Shown: positions 12,489 to 25,552, numbered from the stretch's first letter. The stretch is 64,000 bases of DNA from Takakia lepidozioides (GCA_030704615.1 CM060734.1:9238001-9302000); one strand, 5' to 3'. A program made the numbers and translations. Notes: generated by a model not told the origin, from the letters alone.

Positions 12489-13483
12489 GATATATCCCTC
12501 AGCACACTAATTGGACCACTTGACGCTTTAGGGGGGTGCGGCGTGTCAGAGAGGTGGACTCCCAGGTTCGGGTGCCAGTTCCCATGTAAGGCTACTCGAC
12601 ATTGCTGGAGAGTTGTATAAAACAAGCAGGGCATTATTTAATCAATGATCCACCTACCCCAAAAGCTTCGGAAGAACAAGGTCAACACAATAACGTCAAT
12701 TTTCAGAACATTAATCTAACATTAATATAATTTTTAGTTTCCGGTTGGGCTGTCATGTGGGTGCGGAGTTTTGGATGAATGCTCCGTGAATCCTCCGTAA
12801 CAACAAGAAATATTTCAACGGTATTATGACCAAACTACGGAAAGGTACGTACAAGATGTATATGTACTTAAACGAAGTTAGTCATAATATCACTGGATAT
12901 ATTTCTCAGTCTGAGATAATCCGTATTTCCACTAACTGGCGTACGAATCTGTGGATGAGCTACGCGCATGTCGCGGAACCTCATCTTAGGTGCAATCGAT
13001 ATGGGATATATCCCTCAGCACACTATGACCACATGACACTTTTGGGGGGTGCGGCAAGTCATAGTGGTGGCCTTCCTGGTTGGGGTGCTTTTTCCGCCGA
13101 ATAGCTACACCACATAGCATTAATTGTTCAATGTTAGACCTACCTCGAAAGCTCCGAGAGAACAAGTTCAAGTTGGAAATCCCCAATAGCTCCAATTTAC
13201 CCCGAGATGTCACGCGAGGGCGGGTTATGGCCGTTTCAAACCTGACGTTCCATCAGTTCTGAGGACTTCATAAACTCTTTCATAAAACCGAAAGTATATG
13301 ACTGTCACAAGCGAAACTCACGAGGAAACATTTTAAAATGTTCTATTGGTATATTTATAAATAACGATAACGTCATTTTTTCAAACGTTAATTTAAGTTA
13401 CGATAAGAATCCGCTCCGACAAAACAAAACAAACGTCTCGATTCATATATTGATAATGGGAGACATCCACCTATTTAATTAAT

Positions 13484-14905
13484 TCTAAACGCATTGGGAT
13501 ACATAGAAGATCTTACACTTGGGCTTAGAGACACTGGATACTTGGGCCAATGGCACAGGCTGCCCTAGAGGTCGCGCTCGGGCCTCCATAATAGGAGACG
13601 CAGTGGGATACATAGAAGATCTTACACTTTGGCTTAGATGACAGTGGACACTCGGGCCAACGACACAGGCTACCCTAGAGGTCGCATTTGGGCCTCGACA
13701 TAGGAGACGCACTTGGATACATAGCGGATTGCACTTGGGCTTACATGACCCTGGACACTTGGGCCAACGGCACAGGCTACCCTAGTATTGATTACTTCAT
13801 AAAAAATAAAATAATCTCTCTAGGTCGTATTGTCATATCTCAATACATTTGGATTTTGATACAATTTCCTATATATCCAAGTGCGTCTCCTATGTCGAGG
13901 CCCATCTAAGCCCAAGTGCAATCTTCTATTCATGTATCCAAGTGCATCTCCCATGTAGAGCCCCAATTGTCCACTGTCATCTAAGCCCAAGTCCAATCTC
14001 CTATGTATCCAGTGCAATTTCATATGTATCCAAGTGCATCTCCTATGTCGAGGCCCAAGTGCAACCTCTAGGCCCTAGGATAGCCTGTGCCGTTGGCCCA
14101 AGTGTCCAAGGTCATCTAAGCCCAAGTGCAATCTCCTATGCATTCAAGTGCGTCTCCTATGTCTAGGCCCAAGTATGGCCTCCAGGGTAGCACGTGCCGT
14201 TCGCCCAAAGTGTCCAAGTGCAATCTCGTATGTATCCAAGTGCACCTCCTATGTCCAAGCCCAAATGCAACCTCTAGGGTAGCCTGTGCCGTTGGCCCAA
14301 GTGTCCACTGTCATCTACGTCCAATCATTTTTTTTTCCACAGAGCCTACAACCAGATTTGAACCGGAGACCTTTCCCTTGATATCTCTCCCGTCGAGGCT
14401 CCAACCATTGTCCCAGGAATGCCCACTTTGCCATTTTTGGCTTACATGGGCATCTGTCATTTCTAGTTCCCTGGCCTCTTCAGTGGCCTTCTCTCTTGCC
14501 TCATGGCTGGCCTTCTCTCTCGCATGTTCTCTTGCCCTCTCTTTTGCCCTCTCACGGGCCTTCTGTTTCTTATTAGGCGTAGCGGCAGGGCCATTGGCCC
14601 ATGTGTTAAGAATTGAAATCTAAGTCCAAGTGCAATTTCTTATGTATCCAAGTGGGTCTCCTATGTCAAGGCCCATGTGTGAAGAATTGAAATCTAAGCC
14701 CAAGTGCAATTTCTTATGTATCCAAGTGGGTCTCCTATGTGGAGGCCGAAATGCGACCTCTAGTGTAGCCTATGCCATTGGCCTATGTGTGAAGAATTGA
14801 AATCTAAGCCCAAGTGCAATCTTCTACTGATGTATCCAAATGCATCTCCCATGTAGAGCCCAAGTGTCGAGTGTCATCTAAGTCCAAATGCAATCCCATA
14901 TCTAA
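13484..14905. repeat. Satellite-like array (~100-110 bp unit built from CCAAGTG subrepeats) with an internal orientation switch
   Basis: Unit ~aagcccaagtgcaatctcctatgtatccaagtgcgtctcctatgtcgaggcccaa...tagcctgtgccgttggcccaagtgtcca; minus orientation 13484-13790, plus orientation 13870-14905. Confidence 0.85.
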
Positions 14906-15411
14906 TCATTTTTTTTTTTTTTCAGAGAGCCTACGACCAGATTTGAACCGGAGACCTTTCCCTTGATATCTCTCCCGTGGGAGGCTCCATTCTCCCAGGA
15001 ATGCCCACTTTGCCATTTTTGCTATTTTTTGTGAATTTCCAGCGACCAAAAGTACTTGGAATTCCGTATCTCCCACACCGCATGTCCAAAAATCATGAGA
15101 CCAAGCTGGTGCACCCCTCCTTGTCGAGGGCTTTCCTCTAACAGCACCAAGCACCAAGGCTGGGGCCCCGCGGTTTGGGAGATCTCAACGATGCTACAAA
15201 ACGAAACAAAACAAACAAAATTAGCAGGAAACTCAACAGTCATGCCTAATTGTTCTATTTTAAATTAGCTGTGACGGCCAATTCAGATGGCCACACCAAA
15301 TCAATATATGAATCAAGACGTTTGTTTTGTTTTGTTTTGTGTTGTCATGTTGAGATGTCCCAAACCGCAAGGCCCCGGCGCTGGTGCTTGGTACCGTGAG
15401 GCACTGAAACG

Positions 15412-18400
15412 GTGGATCCCTCTAAGACATCAGAAAGAGGCACTAAGGCACCGGCTGCATCCTTGCCGGTTACACCATTGCGGGTGGGAGCAGCCCCCGC
15501 AATTGCCCATACGGTGGAGACTGAGGGACGGGATAAAACACCACACACACCACGGAATGTGGCAGGTGGAGGTGAAGACGCAGTAGACACGGGGAGAGGG
15601 CAAGAGGAACTTCCGGCGGTGAATGAGGGAGTTGAGGACGACGAGAGGGACCTTTCTGACCAGGATGACATCCTCCGGAGATCCCCAAGCCCCAAACCCG
15701 GAGCATACAGGCTCGATTTGGTGATCCTGGTGGGCTGCCGGAGAACCCCCTTGCAGCAGACGTCATGTCGGAGGCCGATATAAAGTTGGCCGCTGCCAAG
15801 ATGTTGGAGTCAACCCACAACAACATTGGTAGGATCCTGGGAGGCATGCTCTACCCGGCAAAGCTTCGGATTCCTCTCTGCCGCTTGGTATCATTGCAGG
15901 TGGTCAGACCTGCCCTCCCAGGCGATATCGACAAGCTGAAATTCTCTTTCCGGGACGGATATCGAATGGGGTCTGCCGCGTTTTATGTGTTGATTGAGAA
16001 CGACCATGGAGCTTTTCGTGCCCACACTTCTGAGGAAGTGGACAAATGGGGTCCCCATTGGCAAAGGCAAAATGAGGAGTTCGAGAGATTGATTGCTACT
16101 GATCCTATTTTCCAGCACTTGTCCGAGAAGATGTTTTACGTGTGGGACGGCAACCATCGCCTCTTGGCATGGATGGAGCACATAGCCCAAGCCCACCCCA
16201 ACGACCTAGATTGGCCTTACGCCGTGGAGTGTGTTGTGCTGAAGGTTGTGGGGCCAAATGATCGCAGTCTTCTCAAAGGTGCTATGGCAGACATCAACTC
16301 GTAAGTTACAATGCCTCTTGCACTAGAACTTTGAATTTGAAACACTCATTTCATTGCCAATCGTCATATTTGTTGCAAATTCTCATTTCAGTATCGTTTA
16401 ATGGAAATGTGGCATTGCAGGGTGACTGAGAATGCCTTCATTGCCACCAACTTGTCCAACATGCTCTTCCGAGTGAAGGATGTCGGGAAGCAGGGGGTGC
16501 AAGAGTTTGCCAATTTGCTCAGTGCCGACCTCCTGCGCAAGTCGGAGGCAAAGGCAGACGGAACCTGGTATAGGCTGAGCATAGACGCCATGGTGGACTA
16601 CATATTTCGGGTACTGCGATGTGCTCTCTTCTTTTGTTGACGTAATCAGTCTTTGCTCCCCCAATCGAAGAAAAAGTGTGGACCAGGATTTCTAATCTTA
16701 TGTGCGCATTGTTGACAGACACAAATTGAGCAGGATTTGGCACATGCAAGGAGTCAGAGGAGACAAAACTAACCCTCCCGGCATTGGAATTGTATCTCAA
16801 AGCTGCGGAGGCGAAGGCTCGCATCAAGTACAAGTCGCGGATGGTGAAGTACGTGGCCATTGCTGATCCCACCCTTGGTGCCGACTTTCTGGTGGAGGTG
16901 GGGAAGCACTACCCCCCGCTCTTAAGCCCACGATGACACTGGAGAAGCTGCATCGTCAAGCCACAGCCTGTGTGGATGCAACAGAGAAGGTTATACATTC
17001 TTAACCAAATTCTCTTCTGGCAACAATCCGTTTTCATGGTGTCTTGCACTTACTAATATGCACGCTGGTTGGACAGACCCGGTGGCTCCAAATCTGGAAT
17101 GGGTCCCAGAGTACACGGGACATGTGGAGCTTCCCAAAACCCGACAAACTGTCCGACCCCATATTCGACATGTGGATGAATCGCATGACATGGTGGTTTC
17201 AGGTATTTTCCCACGCTTCATTTGGCGCTTCTACTCTTGTATTGGGTTTCTTGAGGAATGTTGTCTGATGGAGAATCTCCGCAAGTGACGACGAATGCGC
17301 AAGAGCAACTTGACACCCAAGCACATCAGTTCAAGCTGGAGATTGCATGAGAAGCAAAGAGCCTCCACGACTATGTGACGAGGTACTTTCTGTTGTACAA
17401 AACCGACCTGTTCTTTCGAGAGATACCACATGCCCGGAGGAGCCACGAGTTCACCGACCAGCCGAACGCGGACAAAGCGGCAATGCGCCTTCTGTATAGG
17501 TAAATATGTTGTGCTCCTCTTTGATCTGTGGCCATTGTAGTCCCTAGAGTTCTTGGATGTAAAACGCCTAATGTGGGGCAGACAATTCATTGTGAAGAAA
17601 TGGCTAAGTCCCTGGGGTGGCTGCCCCCCAGACTGGGAAAATGGCGCCGAATTGCCAGTCTCGGTGGAAGCCACCCCAGGGACTAGCCATTTGGAAGCCC
17701 CGAATCTGGAAATTCGGCGCCATTTTCCCAGCTTGGGGCCCAAAATGGCTAAGTCCAATGAGGGACTGGCCCCGATACGGGAAAAATGGCGTCGAATTTG
17801 CAGTTTCGGTGCCATCCACCCTAGGGACTTAGCCATTTCTTGGCCCCGGAACTGAAAATTCGGCGCCATTTTTCCAAGTTGGGCCCAAAAATGGCTAAGT
17901 CCCAGAAGGGCTGGCCCCCAACATGGAAAAATGGCGCCGAATTTCTAGTTTCTTTGCCCGGCACCCTGGGGAGCCGGGAGCAGCGGGCCCCCCCCGCATG
18001 GAAATTCGGCGCCATTTTTACAGTTTCTTGCCGAAACATTATCCTCATTCTCGGGACCTGATTCTCTGTGGGTTTCTTGAATGCAGGTACTACAAGTTCT
18101 CCCTGTTGGAGAAAGGTCATCTGTCTTTGAGCCTCCATTTTTCCTCGCATGGCGAAACCCTGGCGCTGACTCCATGTATACTGACGTTATGGTGAAGGAG
18201 TGGCATCTGGAGATTTGCGCGACTGCCCTTGGTATGTGGACCTTCCGCCCGGCTCGCTCGACGCCTCGGAGTTTCAATTGAAGCTAGATGCTGAGGCCCG
18301 CCGAAACCGGGCTCCGCTGCCTCCGCTGGGTCCAAAGGAGGCGAAAGCGCTTGCCAAGTCCAGGAAAGCGGCAGAGCTTGCTCAGGCAGGTATTCAGGAG

Positions 18401-20312
18401 AAGTTGAATGAGAAGAAAAAAAGGTTGAAGAAAAGGACACGGAAACAGGGGACTGCAGTAACCCCAAAAAAACAGAAAATCAGCGGGGCGTGAGAGGAGG
18501 CGCAGGAGGGGCCCAAAGGGAGTGACTCGGACGACGACTTTGTGCAAGGTCCTGCCCCTGCTGCTGCTGCTACCAAGTCACCGGTAGTCCGAGTTCCCAA
18601 GTCAGTTCGGACTGGGATTGGCTCTGCCATAAGTTGGCATTTGAGGGGGAGCCTACACGGCGGTATTCGGCGGTGACGTTTCCCGACAGGCCAAAGTTAG
18701 AACCCCCAACAATCATCCAATGCATCAATGAGAGCTTCCTTGACGCTCTGGCTGCCAGGGTGAAGAAGGTGGCATACAACAAGTCTCTGGAGGAGCTGAA
18801 GGGGAAAGCGAAGAAGAGGGCTGCCGCTGCAAAGCCTAAAGACACCCCTAGTTTGGAAGCCATGATGGAATTCTTCACGGCTCTGAGCACAGATTGTAAA
18901 GAGCACTCGGGGGGGGGGTTGAGGTGGAGAGAGCCTGCGATATGATTCTCCTCGATATTCCAGATGGGGAGCTGCTGGAGGGCCTGGATGGTGTGCCCAT
19001 CTGGAACAAGTTTTCTGAGGACTACTGGAGAGCCGGGTTGGGGCTGGCGGGGATGCTCTTGGATGACAGTGGATGTATGGTGGTCCTTGCCACAAGAGGG
19101 AAGACGACAGAGAATGTTGTGGCAAGGTGGACACCGAAAAGTGCCACCCCGGTCGTCCTCAAAAAATGGTTCTGCATCAACACGCAGGGGTTGCGAACAG
19201 AGGGCCAGAGTGTATTTGTGAAGAGAGGGTCTACGTTCAAATTATGGTCGTCTTGTTGATGCCGATGTGGACCCTCTACCTATGATGTCCTCTACAACTA
19301 TGTGCCCCACTCCAGTATGTCAAAGGACACAAAGACAGGCAAACCGTGGCGGTATAGCCGGACTTGGAGCCCTGCTTTCATCCAAACCCTCATGGAGACG
19401 TGCTCCGATGTCCAAGGGCGGACCTCACATGTGGCACGGGTAAGCCTTCACGTGCACAGTATGTCCCGTGGCCCGATTACAATTGCATGCTGCATGCTAC
19501 TAACTGCCCACTTTGTCCCTCAGGTGCTTCAATGTGGGCTGGGACATTGGCTGATAGGCATGTCTTCACCTTCAAGCCAGATACTGCCCTCCACAATTCG
19601 GAACTAGCAGCAGCTGATCATCTGCCGAAAGAGGAAGAGGCATCCTCGGAGGATGAGGAAGAATCCGAGAAGGAGCAGGGGGAGGTACAAGTTGGGATCG
19701 AGGCCAAGGAGCCCCCGGTTTACGAGTGAGTGGTCGTAAGTTGCCTCCTGATTTCGTGAGGCACCTCCCTTTGCTCTTGTATTTCATTGGCCGACCCTTT
19801 CTGCTTCTGCAGGTATTGACATTCTTGAAGTGGATTTGTTCTTACTGTAGGATGCCAAGTACTGCAGGAGGGAGGTCTACACTGCAGTTCATGGGCGGGA
19901 GGAACGTGCCTTTTTTTTGCCAGGGGGGGTTTCATGCCGAGTCCAGAAGGGGACTACATCCTTCCTACTTATGTTGCTCGGCTTGCTTCGGTGTCCATTA
20001 GGAGGTCTTCCGAACCTAGTCGTGTACAGCAGATTTTAGACGATGCAAGCCTCAGGCAAATGAAGATGAGGGAGGAGGCAGCAGCTATTAGAGCTCGTCA
20101 GGCTCGTAGATTTGTCTTGGATTATGCTGAGGAAAGTGGGGGAGAGGAGGCAGAAGATTCCCAGGAGGTGAGGTGGACAGTCCCCCAAGGAAAGGACGAT
20201 ATTTTTGAGAGGCATAGTGGAACTGATGCATCTCAGAGCTCAAAGGATGGGGGGGGATGAGGGGGATGAGGAGGAAGGTGGGGCAAGTTCCTCGGAGGGT
20301 GTAGGAGAGTAG
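15412..20312 (+). pseudogene. Copy B (second subfamily): ParB/Srx-like + amino-MTase-like fusion gene with acidic terminal exon(s)
   Basis: IPLCRLVSLQVVRPALPGDIDKLKFSFRDGY...FYVWDGNHRLLAW...MADINS|gtaagt (16301). Same intron positions as copy A (LLY|gt at ~17499). ILLDIPDG...LLDDSGC...WRYSRTWSPAFIQTLMETCS...DLTCGTG|..DRHVFTFKPD. Multiple frameshifts. Confidence 0.8.
17600..18020. repeat. Intronic array of quasi-palindrome AAAATGGCGCCGAATTT in alternating orientation
   Basis: Copies at ~17637(+), 17709(-), 17782(+), 17855(-), 17926(+), 18001(-), interleaved with AAATGGCTAAGTCC / GGACTTAGCCATTT. Confidence 0.9.
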
Positions 20313-20494
20313 TGCCCATTCCGGCTATGATAGTTAGGACACACTTGTATAGATGTGGCTTGCCACAAAATTTGCAATAAAATGTTACATTTCATTGCTA
20401 TGACGAGTCCAGTGGTGCCACATTCCAACTTCAAATGATAATATTCCCGTGCCTCCTAACCCTATTTCCGTGGACACACAATTGTCCGCTCATG

Positions 20495-20543
20495 TTTTTT
20501 TTTTCCGCTCATGCTCATGCCGCTCATGAAATAGCAGCCCCCC
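20495..20543. repeat. Putative element terminus after copy B
   Basis: CCGCTCATGCTCATGCCGCTCATGAAATAGCAGCCCCC. B/C homology ends exactly here (reverse complement at 26150-26225). Confidence 0.75.
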
Positions 20544-20697
20544 ATAGGCCTAAGTTGTGGTGGACCAATCTTGCACCACCAGAGTTGCTCAAGAGAGCCT
20601 ATGATTCCATTGAACGGCCACCGAATCTCACAGTTAAGGGCATTTTGGACCAAGGGAGGCAAGCACAGAGAGTGCGTCATGATGATCGTCCACCTGG
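20543..20697 (+). pseudogene. Second C5-methyltransferase fragment (motif VIII region)
   Basis: HRPKLWWTNLAPPELLKRAYDSIERPPNLTVKGILDQGRQAQRVRHDDRPP resembles DNMT3 motif VIII (HRARYFWGNL). Confidence 0.65.
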
Positions 20698-21288
20698 AGT
20701 TTTTGGCGTCCTCACAGAGAATTGCAGGTATCGCTCCGGCTTGCAGATCTCCTAAAGCGGGTTTCCACTTTTGTGAAATGTCTCCCCATGCAAACCAAGC
20801 GCATGGTCACAGAGTGCCCAAATACGGAGTACTTAATGTCAGCCCTAATCCTAGAATCCAACTGTTTTTTCACAAGTGCCCCACCAGTGCAATCGTTGAC
20901 AGATTGACTGACAGAGCCGCCGTTTGGTTGTCATGTCAGAGAGCCCAGAAGAGATGCCCATTTCCATTTAATTTTAACGGCACCTGCACTGCTGTACAAC
21001 TGTACATACTTGACATTCCTCTGGAACATGCCAGAATAATGAACTTTTTCAGATGGGAGGTGATTAGACCCCAACGGTTTTTGAATGGATGAGGATCCAA
21101 TGATCTCCGCCGATATTTCATAACGATTAGATGGACACGTGTTCGCCATGCATGTGGAATGAGTCAGTGGCGCACTGAACGTTGCGAGCGAACATCTTGG
21201 CGTTGAAGGCCTTGCGATGAACCTCCCATAGTCCTCTTTTTTCCTTCTTCTCGTTATTGTCTTTGCAACCCTGGATTCTGCAGAGACG

Positions 21289-21960
21289 GTGACCCCATTC
21301 CGAGGGAGAAGCAAGCGTCGAAGAACACTTTATTTCACATCAAAGAAGCAAAGGGCACGTGCTAAGGAGAGGATGAGGAAGGCGAGACGGGAACTTAGAA
21401 TGGGAGAAGAAACATCCGGCGTAGAGGAAGACGAAGGGCAAAACAGGATTCTGCAACCGCAGTGTGGAGAGGAAGGTCTTGAAGTGATCCCGGAGGCGAC
21501 CGATGAGCAACCTCCAATAGAAGGGGGGGAGGACGAGGAAGTGAGCTGGGCTCGGGAGGAAGCACAGCGAGTAGAGAAACAGGTCTTCAAAGAGCAGGGA
21601 GAACAAACGGACGCGGAAACGATGCCGTCTGCCCTTGTTTCGCACCATCGGGACCTCCTTGGAAGCATGCTACCTCCAGACGAAATGGAAAGATTGAATG
21701 CGTCAGGAGCATCATCAAGTGCAAAGAAGAAACCGGAGGTGGCTATGAACTCTCTTTCTCTCTCTCTGATTCTTTCTGGTTCTTGCTAAGCATTGAGGTC
21801 GACATCAACCTTGCGTCAACGCAAGGTTGAAGTCGACCTCCCAAGTGTATATATTGGGCATCAAAACAGTGCAGATGCTGCTCTACAATCAAGCTAGACA
21901 GACATGGATGCTTGCGACGCATCATCAAGTTCGAAGAAGAAGAGACAACAATCTCCTTTT
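21289..21960 (+). pseudogene. Unknown charged (basic then acidic) gene fragment with a probable intron holding the subfamily-A palindrome
   Basis: 166-aa ORF, R/K-rich then E-rich; possible GT donor ~21739 and AG acceptor ~21870; 46-bp hairpin at 21795-21840. Confidence 0.4.
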
Positions 21961-22147
21961 CCTGTAGCTTTTGTGTTTGTTCAACACCAATCCGAGAGCT
22001 CGCAATCAACCTTGCGTCAAGACCTCGAGCTCGTACACAGAGTCCTTCACGAGACTCTCAACGTCAGAAAGGTGCTCGCTCACAAAGGTTTGCTAATCCC
22101 AATCAGTAAACCGTGAGGACACGGTTTTTTGAGAGGGGAAGGGGTAA

Positions 22148-22980
22148 TGTTAGAGGACTGTCTGGGACTTAGACACTTATACGGGATCTGTGGGGTACCC
22201 TTAATTTTTGCACAGACTGAGACCAACAGGAGCCTTAGGGGTGACAGCAGCGCACTTTAGAGGGGGGTTACACAGCCCGTCACAGCCAACACAGCTCGTC
22301 ACAGCCCGACACAGCCCATCACAGCCAACACAGCCCGTCACAGTCTGACACAGCCGACAAAGCCAGACACAGCCAACACAGCTCGTCACAGTCTGACACA
22401 GCCCGTCACAGCCAACACAGCCGTCACAGCCAGACACAGTCGACACAGCCCAACACAGTCGCACAGCCAGTCACAGCTTGACACAGCTGTCATGACCATA
22501 GGGAACGGATAGCATGACAGGGACCGACTGTGGGGAACAACATCTGCGAATGGAACATGTTAGTACACGGATGACGGTTAGTGAGGGAAACGGTTAGAAC
22601 AACGGGTAGGAAGATAAAGCCAGGAGCGAGGACGGGAGAAGGAGCACTTCTTGGGGAATCACTGGGAGAGGGGACTTCGGACATCACGGGAGGAAAGGAG
22701 GAGAGAGCGCATCTCTGAGCGGAAGGAGGGAGAGCACAGAGTAGGAGGAGGGCGAGATGCTTAATGAATGCAAGCAGTAGAGTTGTAATGTAGAGCAAAT
22801 TAAAGACTCCATGGCTTCAGCCTGATACTCTATAGATATTAATCTGATACATACTTCATACTCACACTGTATAGAGAGATCTGAGTGAAGTTGTGGAATA
22901 AATGGATGAGTTGATGGAATCCGATAGATTGCTGAAGCAAACTGATACTTAATTACCAAAAGTAAGGTAACTAGCTAACA
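22148..22980 (+). mobile_element. 3' LTR (833 bp) preceded by a polypurine tract
   Basis: GAGAGGGGAAGGGGTAA then TGTTAG...CTAACA; internal CACAGCC minisatellite at 22270-22490. Confidence 0.85.
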
Positions 22981-23158
22981 TGAATGCGGGAAGGAAAACA
23001 AATAGGAAACACCCCCATGATACACTAGCTGTAGGTCATGACTGATTGTTCTGAGCGGGCTGAGTACTTAGAGATTTCCAACTCTTCTATCTTGGAGTTT
23101 CCACCTCGGATAGCGAAGGGATGGGTGAGTAAAAGCCGCGTGACAGGTCTTACCTTCA

Positions 23159-24295
23159 ATGCCACCTCATATGTACCTGTATGATGCGAAAGTTATGATG
23201 CAGAAGGATTCCCAACTTTGTTCATGGTTTAATTTGGCTTGGAACTTGGCAACAGAGAAATTGGGCCCTGATGATATTTTCTATAAGGGACATGAAGCCT
23301 GGAAATACTTACATTGTTCCAAAGTCATTGGCACACCTCTCACCTATACGGCTAAGGAGTTCAGGGCGTTCACTCATTTTGCTTGCACGCGCTTACAACA
23401 AATAATACAGTTTAAGCTTCCCGACATGGTGGGCCAACATTGTATGCCACGCAGGATTCCGGAGAAGCCACTTAAAGTTTGGCCGTTAAAACACTTAAGG
23501 GGGGACGATGATTCTGATACTACTGGTTCTTCAGGGGAATCTTTTGACATGGCAGAGGACTATGCACTCCAGATGGCAGAGAAGAAATGACGGGGATCTC
23601 CTATGCCTGAGAGGTTACCTCGTTATCAACCACAGGAGGGTCAGACATTTCCAGGTAGTGCTCAATCGCCTCCGTCAGCCAGTGACAGGGCTCGAGCTCG
23701 CACATGGAGTCCTTCACGAGACTCTCACCGTCAGAAGGGTGCTCGCTCACAAAGGTTTGCTGATCCTAAACCGTAAACCGTGAGGACACGGCTTTTTGAG
23801 AGAGGGAGGGGTAATGTTAGAGGGCTGCTTGGGACTTAGACGCTTTTACGGGTTCTGTGGGTACCCTTAATTTTTGCGCAGACTTACGGATGGTGGACTG
23901 AGACCAACAGAAGCCTTAGGGGTGACAGGCGCAGGCTTTAAGGGGGGTTAGACAGCCTCACACAGCCTCACACAGTCAGTCACAGCCCGACATAGCCCGA
24001 CACAGCTTTACACAACCAGTCACAGCTCGACACAGCTTGGTACAGCCTGTCACAACGTACATAGGGAACGGTTATCATTGACAGGGAACGTCTGTGTGGG
24101 AACGACATTTGCAGAGGGAACGTGTTACTTCAGGGGTGACAGTTAGTTAGTTAGGTGGTTAGAATAGCTTGCGGGTAGATTAAGCAGGGCGGCAACAGGA
24201 AGGAAATCACTTCTTGAGGAGCGCAACTTAGTGAGGGGAGGAGGAGACGAAACGGAGAGCGGAAACAGTGAAGAGGAGATGATGACTTGATTGAG
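23159..24295 (+). mobile_element. Related LTR-element 3' end: accessory ORF (23159-23590), PPT and truncated LTR starting at 23815
   Basis: 23692-24290 aligns to 22025-22760; PPT GAGAGAGGGAGGGGTAA then TGTTAG at 23815. Confidence 0.75.
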
Positions 24296-24870
24296 GCTTA
24301 ATTTATGTTGGCTTAACATTGGAAATGCAATGCTATTTCTCAATCCTGATGCAGACAGGTGCAGCAGTACTCCCTGGTGGATCTACCCACTTAATGTGGT
24401 GGAAATCAAGCCAGAGTTACTAAGAACTAAGAATGGATCCCCGTACGAAGGTTTGGAAGCATGCTTCATGAATGTCCAGATTTCTGTATTAAACCCTGAA
24501 TCCGGGGAATTCCAATTTCAGAAGTATGATAAGAGAAGACTCTTACCTTTCTCTTACACCCAGTACATCCAGTTCCTCTCTAATAGACCCGTGAATCAAT
24601 CCTACAACATAGTGATTTCACAAGCTTTCCAATTCTGTATATTTCCAACAGTGTTAATCTGGCTTGGAAGGAATGTTGTTTGCTCATACATACCCTTGGG
24701 AAGAATGGCTTCAAAACCAGAAAACTATACCGTATATTGACACGCTTCCTTGAGCAGGGTTCCTTCCCTGGCCTGTTCTTCCCTTTACAAGAGCTCATTG
24801 AAAAATTGAAAGGTATGTTCTACACTCATAAATATATGATTGTATACCTTCTTCATATGTAGCATGCTTT
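24296..24870 (+). mobile_element. Penelope-like retroelement RT C-terminal fragment
   Basis: LCWLNIGN...IYPLNVVEIKPE...FMNVQISV...FQKYDKRRLLPFSYTQYIQFLSNRPVNQSYNIVISQ, resembling the YP / FLDL / YDKRDDF..SNIP pattern of PLE-type RTs. Confidence 0.65.
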
Positions 24871-25552
24871 TTTCTTGACCTAGGGAGATGGGATTGTAGA
24901 TTTTTTATCTCTTTGGTTTTTTAGCCAGTGATACAAACTACAAAGAAGAGGGAGAGCTTTTATGAGATTGGGTCTGGTATGCACTCCCTTACGGGGTGAG
25001 TGCATACCACACTCATCCCATAAGGGAATGCCATACCAGGGGCTGGCTGGTGGGATCCCTCTCTCTCCCTCTCTCCCTCTCCCTCTATACAAGGAACTTG
25101 CTTGTATTTTTTCCAAAACCCAGGAAGGCTTGGACTAATTCTGTCTAAACCATATTTTAATTTCATCCATATTGGATGTAATCATGAAAATGGATGAATT
25201 CCATTAAAGAATATTCTCTGATAGCTTGGTTCTTTGGATGATTTTGGTCATGAGAACTAACCCTAATGAAAGCCAGACTCTATTTTGGATGCCATCCCTA
25301 CTGGATGACATCATGATGAAATCAGGGAAGTTCTTTACATCTCATTATCTATTTTTCATCTAATTTGGATGAAATCGTGAAGGTTTGCCCTATCTCTTCA
25401 TCTGCCCTAAAAATCTGCACGGTACTCGTGCATTTTGATTCTGCTGGAGCTGAGAGATGATGTCAGAGGGTTCATTTAAACACGAATCTTGTGAATTTGA
25501 TGGCCATGGAGAAGCTTTATGACAGCCTGCAAGTGCTCTACCAAGATTCCAG

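Noticed and set aside
12488-13400. Diverged direct repeat (ggatatatccctcagcacacta at ~12488 and ~13004)
   Set aside because: No LTR/TIR hallmarks or coding signal; cannot be classified.
17231-18195. ORFs with repeated MAPNF / KWRRI peptides (also 30.3-30.7 kb and 46.6-47.1 kb)
   Set aside because: Translations of the GGCGCC DNA repeat; non-coding.
6744-20543. A and B termini as the paired TIRs of a single 13.8-kb insertion
   Set aside because: Termini are only loosely similar and flanks (caaaatatc vs cataggcct) show no TSD; not supported as one recent insertion.
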